Assembly (NCBI GenBank): GCA_016840085.1
Contig: JAEOTA010000072.1
Coordinates: forward strand, 1 to 54,748
Length of the DNA: 54,748 nt
Direction: 5' to 3'
From: Promethearchaeota archaeon
GTDB taxonomy: Archaea > Asgardarchaeota > Lokiarchaeia > Sigyniarchaeales > SOKP01
Positions within the stretch are counted from its first letter, which is position 1. Each line of letters begins with the position of its first letter. A program made the position numbers and the translations under genes. Positions 9,481 through 17,382 of the stretch are shown one piece after another. Under the pieces are notes generated by a model that did no database searches, was not told where the DNA came from, and was given only the letters and a program-made list of their open reading frames with translations.

Positions 9481-9748
9481 TTGTCTCTTAATAGACTTTA
9501 CGTAAAAATATAATAAAATATTATTCAATCATTTTGCAACATTATAATCTGATTTTCTTACCGAAAACCACTGAAAAGTGTAGCAAAAACACATAAAAAA
9601 CAAAAAAAATGTTGAGATTAATGTTTAAATTTGATCGTTGACATCTTTAATTTATTTGTTTTTGATTTTAAAAAGTAAGGTTTTTCTTAATCTTCAGTTT
9701 GTTGGTATCTTTTAATCTGAAAACATTAAACACTGATACGTTTACTTA

Positions 9749-9910
9749 GAAGGATTTATGCGTTTAAATACTAAAAGAGCAGCGATATTCCAAATCTTAG
9801 TGCCATTACTTGGAGCAATTCTCTCTACTATTTTCTTACAAGAACAACTCGATGTGTTCATCTATCCTTTTGCATTGTTTTTAGTAATATTAGGAATAGT
9901 AATTAAATGA
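9749..9910 (+). pseudogene. EamA/DMT transporter 3' remnant (copy b)
   Basis: RLNTKRAAIFQILVPLLGAILSTIFLQEQL..PFALFLVILGI; runs directly into the Lrp 3' end. Confidence 0.65.
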
Positions 9911-10342
9911 TCTTCTTTTATTCGGTCAAGAACAATTTCAGTCTTAACCACTTCTACTCCAGGAAGGTTGCATCGTTTTTAATAAGCCCCATAGAATCTT
10001 GATGGTTTAGACATTTTGCCATAATAAACAAAGGATATTCTCCAGTAACTACATACGCATATTTGATTTTTTCCATATTTTCAATCTCCTGTTTCACGAG
10101 CTCTAATGGTTTTGTAGCATTTACTCTTAGAGACGCCATAACCATTTCTCGATACCCTAACTGGTGACAGTCAATTAAGGCTACATATTTTTTAATTAAT
10201 TTTTTCTCTAATTTTTGAATTCGAGATCTAATCGCTGTCTGGCTTTTCTTTTCATCTAAATTTTCTTCAATTTTTTCTGAAATTTGTTTAATTGTGATTT
10301 TTGCATCTTCTTGTAAAAGTTCGAGAATTTGCCTATCGACTC
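9905..10342 (-). pseudogene. Lrp/AsnC-family regulator, 5'-truncated and frameshifted
   Basis: VDRQILELLQEDAKITIKQIS..RSRIQKLE..YVVTGEYPL; no start codon; frameshift near 9975 relative to copy a. Confidence 0.85.
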
Positions 10343-10357
10343 TAACTAAAATAGTGA

Positions 10358-10570
10358 ATGAAATATTTACAGCGTTGCTATAGGTATATTTGTTTAGACG
10401 CGGGGCATATCGGTCAAAATTTTTATATAGTAGCTGAAGCTCTTGGATTAGGGGCTTGTACTATTGGAGCGATTGATGATGATGAATTGAACAATCTGCT
10501 CGAAATTGATGGGATTAATGAAATTTCAATCTATGTTGGTGTGTTATGTAAAATTAAAGAATATAAGTAA
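10358..10570 (+). pseudogene. SagB/nitroreductase-family 3' remnant
   Basis: KYLQRCYRYICLDAGHIGQN..AEALGLGACTIGA.DDD; N-terminal part missing. Confidence 0.8.
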
Positions 10571-10706
10571 AGTTAAAGTTATAAATTTGAATATTCTGGA
10601 TGTTTTAGTCAAGAATAAAAATATATAAAATGGTTTTTTCCTACCTCAATTGTTACCAGGATTCACACTCCAGCTACTCTTGTCCTATTAAATAAATTGA
10701 TTACTT

Positions 10707-11150
10707 TTAGATCCTTTTTAAAATGAATTCTTCTGGTGTTTGGATTGAAATGCGTTTAAGCCATAAAAAGTGGTTTTTATTATAAGATATTAAATCAAAG
10801 CCAGTATTTTCACATTGAGTACCAATCATAAAATCTCGAAAATGGTGGCGAAAAGTGAGAGTTTCTTTATTATTTAGAGCGTTTTTTAGAACTTCTAAAA
10901 GAATGACTGAATCCCATTCGAGAAAAATACCATTAAATTTTTCTATTTCTTTGAGAAAATCTTCCCAAGTAATACCTTTAGTGAGAAAATAATAGCCAAT
11001 TTCAAAACTCACTATGGAAGGAATATATACTTTGATTTCTGCTTTATTTATTCTTAGATAATTAATAAAATTTAGATTACGGAAGACATTAGAATCAATT
11101 GCGATCTTTTCTAATTTTTCCTCGTGCTCCCCAATTCTTTTTTTGCTCAT
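10707..11150 (-). CDS. vapC: VapC/PIN-domain toxin
   Basis: IAIDSNVF, VSFE, DFMIG, ISYNKNHF; ATG at 11150 overlaps the antitoxin stop. Confidence 0.88.
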   Translation of the reverse strand: MSKKRIGEHEEKLEKIAIDSNVFRNLNFINYLRINKAEIKVYIPSIVSFEIGYYFLTKGITWEDFLKEIEKFNGIFLEWDSVILLEVLKNALNNKETLTFRHHFRDFMIGTQCENTGFDLISYNKNHFLWLKRISIQTPEEFILKRI

Positions 11151-11470
11151 ATTCCCAACCCAGAATCCCAATTGTTTAGAATAACTTCATCAATAGTACT
11201 AGGTCCTTTTTTTAATTTTTCTTGAATTTCTCGAGTTTTTATATCATCTTCCCAAACTGCATCCGTTGCTGCTTGAAGGATTGTATCAATTTCCTTTTTG
11301 AATTTTTCCTTGCTTGTATTTGGATAAACGTTTTTATTAATAACGGATTTTTCAAATTCCGCGATAGCTCGTTTAATCACTTCGCCCTGGGATATGTCTA
11401 ACCATGCTGCTAGTTTCTTAATTATTTTTCGTAGATCACTATCAATAGCTACAGTTGTTTTAACAGTCAT
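11147..11470 (-). CDS. RHH (CopG-type) antitoxin
   Basis: KTTVAID..LRKIIKKLAAWLDISQGEVIKRAI; translationally coupled to the PIN gene. Confidence 0.82.
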   Translation of the reverse strand: MTVKTTVAIDSDLRKIIKKLAAWLDISQGEVIKRAIAEFEKSVINKNVYPNTSKEKFKKEIDTILQAATDAVWEDDIKTREIQEKLKKGPSTIDEVILNNWDSGLGI

Positions 11471-11530
11471 AATATTATAGAAGGTATAAAAATATATAAA
11501 TATATCAATTAAATTAATTGAATAAATAAG

Positions 11531-11648
11531 AACTATAAATCCGCTAGTGAAATTGTTCCACGTGATTTAGCAAAAACAAAAACATTTAGGAACAGATTTC
11601 ATAGAAGACGATGAGCAATGGTATATATATTTTGAATCCGTAAAATAA
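11531..11648 (+). repeat. Diverged direct copy of the tusA 3' half (matches 7379-7501), with a 5-nt deletion
   Basis: Shares gttccacgtgatttagcaaaaac and atagaagacgatgagcaatggtatat exactly with tusA. Confidence 0.95.
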
Positions 11649-11806
11649 GTATAAGTACGTTATAACTTACTTTTTTTTATACTTTCTTTTTTAAATCTCT
11701 TTTTTGATTTTTTTTTGAAGAATTCAGAAATCTGATTAAAAATTATTATTAATTTTGATATACTTACAATATCAATCATTAATCAACTAAGGGAAAGGAA
11801 AATTAA

Positions 11807-13198
11807 ATGAAAATTGTTGTTTTAAATGGAAGTCCTAAAGGAGATTTAAGTGCTACAATGCAATATATCCAATATATTCAGAAAAAATTGCCTGAACACG
11901 AACTTAAAATCTTAAACATCGCTCAGCAAATTAAAAGACTCGAAGAAAATGAAGAATTTTTTAAAGAAACTATAGAAAATGTGAAGAATTCTGATGGGGT
12001 TATCTGGGGTTTTCCTTTATATGTTATGCTTGTTCCATCTCAATATAAAAGATTTATTGAATTAATAACAGAAAGAAATAAGGAGAAAGCTTTTAAAAGT
12101 AAATATACAGCTGTTTTAACCACATCGATACATTTCTATGACCATACAGCGATAAATTATTTGAATGCAATCTGCGATGATTTGGAAATGAAATATGTAG
12201 GATTTTTTTCTGCTGATATGTTTGATTTAATGATAAGGAAACAAAGAGAACAGTTGATCTTATTTGCTGAAAATTTCTTTTACACTATTGAAAACAATCT
12301 ACCAACATCAAAACAAAATCTCTCATTAAATTATCATAAATTTGAATATAAACCCAGTTTGGATATAAATGATGAGGAAAAAATAGATAGTGAAGATAAA
12401 AAAATATTGATTGTATCGGATTCTACAAATGAAAATACTAACTTAGGCAAAATGATAGAAAGGTTAAAATTTTGTTTTTACGGAGATATCAAAGTAATAA
12501 ATATTTATGATCTTGAGATTAAAGGAGGATGTTTAGGATGCGTACAATGTGGTTATGATAATAAATGCGTTTATGAAGATAAGGATGAATTCACAGAGTT
12601 TTGGAATTCATTAAAATCATTCGATATTATAATTTTCGCAGGAGTTATAAAAGATAGGTATTTATCATCAAGATGGAAATTAGTCTTTGATAGAAGTTTT
12701 TTCAATGGTCATATACCTACTTTGAGAGGAAAACAATTTGGTTTTATTATTACAGGTCCATTAGGCCAAATATTCAACTTAAAACAAATTTTAAATGCAA
12801 TTCCTGAGCTTCAAGAGAGTAATCTTGTGGATATAATTACTGATGAATATCAAGATTCCAGTAAAATTGATTCTTTGTTGCTTAATTTTGCTAAAAGGTT
12901 AGTTCTATTTTCAAAATCTTGCTATATTAAGCCACATACATTCCTTACGGAAGGTGGTATGAAAATTTTTCGAGATGCTGTCTATGGAAGAATGAGATTT
13001 GTTTTTCAGGCAGATCATAGATTTTATGAAGAAAATGGGTATTATGATTTTCCTCAAGATGATGAACGTGCAAAAAAAATGAACGATATGTTAATCCCCT
13101 TAACTCAAAATGAGAAATCAAGGAAAAACTTCTATTCAATGTTGACAAGTCAAATGATTAAGCCCCTACAAGGTATTGTAGCCGATCCAAATAAATAA
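11807..13198 (+). CDS. Tandem flavodoxin-fold NAD(P)H-dependent FMN reductase / iron-sulfur flavoprotein
   Basis: IVVLNGSPKG, FPLY...PSQYKRF; second domain with GCLGCVQC....C. Confidence 0.85.
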   Translation: MKIVVLNGSPKGDLSATMQYIQYIQKKLPEHELKILNIAQQIKRLEENEEFFKETIENVKNSDGVIWGFPLYVMLVPSQYKRFIELITERNKEKAFKSKYTAVLTTSIHFYDHTAINYLNAICDDLEMKYVGFFSADMFDLMIRKQREQLILFAENFFYTIENNLPTSKQNLSLNYHKFEYKPSLDINDEEKIDSEDKKILIVSDSTNENTNLGKMIERLKFCFYGDIKVINIYDLEIKGGCLGCVQCGYDNKCVYEDKDEFTEFWNSLKSFDIIIFAGVIKDRYLSSRWKLVFDRSFFNGHIPTLRGKQFGFIITGPLGQIFNLKQILNAIPELQESNLVDIITDEYQDSSKIDSLLLNFAKRLVLFSKSCYIKPHTFLTEGGMKIFRDAVYGRMRFVFQADHRFYEENGYYDFPQDDERAKKMNDMLIPLTQNEKSRKNFYSMLTSQMIKPLQGIVADPNK

Positions 13199-13222
13199 AT
13201 AAAACTAAATTTAAATATTTTT

Positions 13223-13957
13223 ATGGAGAATATTAGTAATTTATTTCAAAAAATTCTTAAATCTAAAAATCCCGAAGAACTTAATGATTTTTTAATTAAA
13301 TTAAGTGAGGATCCTAGTAATGAGTACCTTAATTTCATAGATCATTTTATTAATAATTTGGAAATTCAAATCTTAGAAAAAATAAAATTAAACTTAATTT
13401 TTGTTCTTGGCGAAATCGGCAAAATTGTATCAATGGATGAGAAATACTTAGAATTTTTATCAGAAACTTACTATACCTCAGATAGATGGATAAGGAAAGA
13501 AATAATCCAAGCATTCCATAAAATCTCTGAAAACACAGCATTAGCAAATAAAACTATAGAATTAGTTGGGTATGCATTAAACGATGATTATATTCCCATT
13601 AAAATTAGCGCTCAAAAAGTATTATTATCTTTAAGAGTGCTTCCAAATAAAATATTAAAAAACATTTTTCATACGTTAAATTCTAAGGAATCCGAAGTGA
13701 TAAATTATAGTTCAAAAATTTTTGAGAAGCATTTTAAAGATACTAACCAATTATTCACTTCATTAAAGGAATCAGAAAATTTTAAGATTTTAAAACCACA
13801 AGGAGTTAGAACCCTTCTCTTAATTTGTTTTAAATCTTTAATCAATTTAGAAGCACTTAGAGAGATGATATTAGGCTCGGATTGGCCTGATACCTCTAAA
13901 ACGGTTTACTTAAAAGAAATTAAAACGTATGAAAGGATTTTGTTAAAAAATCTATAA
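13223..13957 (+). CDS. HEAT/ARM-repeat protein
   Basis: Helical repeats FVLGEIG, DRWIRKEIIQA, ALNDDYIPIK. Confidence 0.65.
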   Translation: MENISNLFQKILKSKNPEELNDFLIKLSEDPSNEYLNFIDHFINNLEIQILEKIKLNLIFVLGEIGKIVSMDEKYLEFLSETYYTSDRWIRKEIIQAFHKISENTALANKTIELVGYALNDDYIPIKISAQKVLLSLRVLPNKILKNIFHTLNSKESEVINYSSKIFEKHFKDTNQLFTSLKESENFKILKPQGVRTLLLICFKSLINLEALREMILGSDWPDTSKTVYLKEIKTYERILLKNL

Positions 13958-13967
13958 TTTATATTAT

Positions 13968-15221
13968 TTATTGATAATTGCTGAGAATATCTTCCAATTT
14001 TTCGTTAGATAAAATGATTTCATTAAAGATTTTTATTAATAACTTTATAATTTGTCTAGGATTGCCATTAGCCTTATTGAATATATATTTTAAAATGTCC
14101 TCATTTAAAGGATAATAAGATTCTGAGAAATCCTTAAAATAATCATTATAATTAATACTTGCAAAAAAAAATTCTAAATTTCTCTTATAGAATTGATATA
14201 TGTCACTTTCTGCAAAATCTAGGAGAAATAATGGTTCTTTTAGAAGGGGTATAAAGTCTTTATTTTCTTTTTCAATTTCTTTTTTAATTTCTTTTTTAAT
14301 TTCTTCAAAATATTCTATTGATTTAAGAGTTATAATAATTCTTAATCCCTTTATCTTTTGCAATTCAAGAATTTTGTCTAATATTTTCTCAGCAGAAGAT
14401 TTTTCGGGGGTTTTTTTACTCCCGTATAACCATCGAGGGTCAAAAACTTCTTCGATATCTTCAATCTCTTCTGCTTCTTCAGTTGTTTCATAAATTTGCT
14501 TCCGATTCGAAGTTATTTTTTCAACATCATCAATAAAGAGTACACTTTTTAATTTAGAATTTTCAATTAATATTTTTAACATTGTAAATGCATTTTTCGT
14601 TTTTCTAAGGTCATTTGTCAAATTTAATCGAGAAAGATCTCTAACATCCATTAATTCACCGATAAGCCAACTTTCTGCTTCTCGTTTTTTATATGGATCA
14701 ATTTGATGGGTTGTTATAGCATAAATAGCATCTTTCAAAGCATTAATATTATCAAATTTGGGTGCACATTTTTCTAAAGCTACTTTTCTGATCTTTTCAA
14801 TATCAGCTAAATGAAAAAAACCATGTCTTCTTTCTGAAGCACCCCATTCATTACATAACTGTTTTGTTATGTTTCTTAATGGTTCAACACCCATATTTTC
14901 AATGAATTCAGAATATAAATTGTAATAAAATTTTTTATAAACAGTTTCTAATGAGATATAGATGATATTATAGTAATATAATCTATGTTTTAACGCCCAA
15001 TATAAATGTGTTTTTCCTGATCCGACATTCCCAATAACAGGTAAAATAAAATTTTCATTTTTATCAATCTCATTAACAATTGATTCTAAAAATTCTTCTC
15101 TTGATTGTACTATTCCAAGCTCCTCTTCAATTTCACTGGTAGAAACAAACTTTTTAAAAGGAGAACCAGTGAATTTTAATGCATTGAGTAGTTTTTGTTT
15201 TTTATTTTCATATAATAACAT
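13968..15221 (-). CDS. P-loop AAA+-type ATPase of unknown function
   Basis: Walker A GNVGSGKT, Walker B VLFIDDVE, C-terminal GNPR. Confidence 0.8.
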   Translation of the reverse strand: MLLYENKKQKLLNALKFTGSPFKKFVSTSEIEEELGIVQSREEFLESIVNEIDKNENFILPVIGNVGSGKTHLYWALKHRLYYYNIIYISLETVYKKFYYNLYSEFIENMGVEPLRNITKQLCNEWGASERRHGFFHLADIEKIRKVALEKCAPKFDNINALKDAIYAITTHQIDPYKKREAESWLIGELMDVRDLSRLNLTNDLRKTKNAFTMLKILIENSKLKSVLFIDDVEKITSNRKQIYETTEEAEEIEDIEEVFDPRWLYGSKKTPEKSSAEKILDKILELQKIKGLRIIITLKSIEYFEEIKKEIKKEIEKENKDFIPLLKEPLFLLDFAESDIYQFYKRNLEFFFASINYNDYFKDFSESYYPLNEDILKYIFNKANGNPRQIIKLLIKIFNEIILSNEKLEDILSNYQ

Positions 15222-15249
15222 TTTCCAAATTAAAGTAAATTTAGTTTTT

Positions 15250-15876
15250 TCATTTTTTCAATTCTTCAACGCCCAGTATTATTATATATTTTACAACTTT
15301 ATCATCTACATTAATAAAGGATTCATAACTTACGTTGAGTTCATCGTTTTCATCCCTTCCTATAATTAAACAATCATAAAAAACAGGATCACCGTTTTGA
15401 TCAATAACAACTCTATCAGCAACAATAATTCCATTCGTAATTAACGCAACAGGATTTTTCAAAATTTCATCTTTAAAAAAATCAAGATGATTGATTTGGA
15501 ATTCAGGATCATTCAAATGTAATCCTGCTGTATGTAACAAGTTAATAGTGTATGGAAAGTCATCAGAAAATTGTTCTTTATCATAACGTTCCATAGTATT
15601 CTCTGGAATTAAAATAGAGTATTCTAATGGAGATAGTTTCAAATCGGACCAATTAAAATCGGATGTCTTTGAGAATGCTATCTTTTTATTATCATTATCT
15701 TCAAACCCAACTATTAAACCTTGAGATATTGATATTCCTTCAGAATCAAATATCTTTAAATTATCGGAAAAAATAATTTTATCATGGCATTTTGAAATAA
15801 TTGATCCCGTAAATTCTCCTATAACTTTTCTATTTTTTAATGAATCATATAGTATAAAATCCGTCGATTCTTTCAT
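15250..15876 (-). CDS. Hypothetical acidic protein
   Basis: 208-aa ORF, co-oriented upstream of the ATPase. Confidence 0.65.
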   Translation of the reverse strand: MKESTDFILYDSLKNRKVIGEFTGSIISKCHDKIIFSDNLKIFDSEGISISQGLIVGFEDNDNKKIAFSKTSDFNWSDLKLSPLEYSILIPENTMERYDKEQFSDDFPYTINLLHTAGLHLNDPEFQINHLDFFKDEILKNPVALITNGIIVADRVVIDQNGDPVFYDCLIIGRDENDELNVSYESFINVDDKVVKYIIILGVEELKK

Positions 15877-16133
15877 GACAATTGTTTATCCATGAATATT
15901 TTTTACATGTATTTTATTCATTATTTAAGGTATTTAACATTCATCCTATATATAATAGTTGGTCTTGTTTATTGAAATATTTTATTGAGGACTTGAGTAT
16001 TAAGGTTATTTTTAATTTATCTCTCCCCAAGAAATATTGTTCTTTTAGTAAAAATATAAAAAGCAACCTTTCAATACATGTTATGGTAAGAATATAGTCA
16101 ATATTATCAATATAATAGAAATTTTCCAATAAT

Positions 16134-17381
16134 ATGCACTCAACTGTTTTACATCAAAAAGTTTCAGAGTTATCAAAACTAGATCTCCTAGAAAGAGCAA
16201 ATCAATTTATTTTTTCAACGGGTTTAAACGATGGTACCTCAAAATTATGTAAAGCTAATATGAAATATGGTCTTGCACAATTTCAAATTATTCAAGAAAA
16301 ATATGGATTTGAACCTAAAGCCACTTTTATTTCTTCTCCTGACGAAACGATATCGAGGAATAAATATAGGTGGAATTCTGGCTTAGGATATGGAGGAAGA
16401 TTGAACTGGGGAGATGGGAATGAAAAAATAATATTTTTAAATGTAAAACCAAATTGTTGTGGAATACTAGTAGGAGGTTTGGAAGAGCTCCCAGACCCAT
16501 TTAATTTGATAAAAAAAATGGATAAAATAAAATCACAAGAGCTTTATCTTAATAATGTACTTATAAATTGGGATTATGGAATATCTAATCATTTTATTAA
16601 TTGTTTAGAAACGAAAAAATTATCTGATATAGATCTGCCTCCTTATATATTTTTAATCCATGGATCTGCTCCTGAATTTCGAGATGATAAATATGGTGGA
16701 ATTGGTCTTTATATTGATAAGTCAAAAATATTAAGAGCCATGGCAAAAGAAGAAAACACTAAATTTGGTACACAATACATACTCTTAGATTCTGATGCTA
16801 AAGCATATCTTAAATACCATAAGAAAGCTTTAGAATTTTCAAGTAAAAAAAGAGAAATTATTGCTAATCACCTTTTTGATTATGGATACAAGATTATTTG
16901 TAATCAGCCGCACCAATTCCTTAAAGATTATAATAATATGTATTTAGGTAGTAATTGTACAGATATTAGTTGTAAATCAATCACTTCTAATATATTTCCA
17001 ACCACACTACGAGCAGATATTGCTGCATATCTTTTTAAAGGTAAAAAAAATCTCTCTGAAACTACTTTAAAGAATCAAGATTTATTCGAAAGAGGAGAAA
17101 ACTTAGAATTATTAGAATTGCTTACGAATGCTTTTATTCTCCCCCATGGGGGAGGATATGATTTTAGAGATGTTAAAGATGTATTAGATGTTTTAGAATA
17201 TAAGGACCAGAGATACTTTGTGACTTCCTTAAAATCAAATATTAGTAGACTGAAAATAATTAGAAATGTTGGAGAATTGCAGTTTGAATATCGAGGAAGA
17301 GATATTGTGCTTAAAACAATTCAATTAGATCTTGGAGATATAATCGCTCGTTTAAATCCATTATTTTCTTTGAAACTATAG
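16134..17381 (+). CDS. Divergent RtcB-family RNA ligase-like protein
   Basis: Ordered motifs SPD..G.GYGG, PNCCG, SNHFI, IHGS, PHQ, PHGGG, RLNPL..LK. Confidence 0.75.
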   Translation: MHSTVLHQKVSELSKLDLLERANQFIFSTGLNDGTSKLCKANMKYGLAQFQIIQEKYGFEPKATFISSPDETISRNKYRWNSGLGYGGRLNWGDGNEKIIFLNVKPNCCGILVGGLEELPDPFNLIKKMDKIKSQELYLNNVLINWDYGISNHFINCLETKKLSDIDLPPYIFLIHGSAPEFRDDKYGGIGLYIDKSKILRAMAKEENTKFGTQYILLDSDAKAYLKYHKKALEFSSKKREIIANHLFDYGYKIICNQPHQFLKDYNNMYLGSNCTDISCKSITSNIFPTTLRADIAAYLFKGKKNLSETTLKNQDLFERGENLELLELLTNAFILPHGGGYDFRDVKDVLDVLEYKDQRYFVTSLKSNISRLKIIRNVGELQFEYRGRDIVLKTIQLDLGDIIARLNPLFSLKL

Positions 17382-17382
17382 T

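Noticed and set aside
7379-11648. Prophage or integrative element with attL/attR
   Set aside because: No integrase, transposase or viral genes; the repeats are diverged at synonymous sites rather than identical att cores
15882-16129. Two short overlapping ORFs between divergent genes
   Set aside because: AT-rich divergent promoter region; the translations look non-coding
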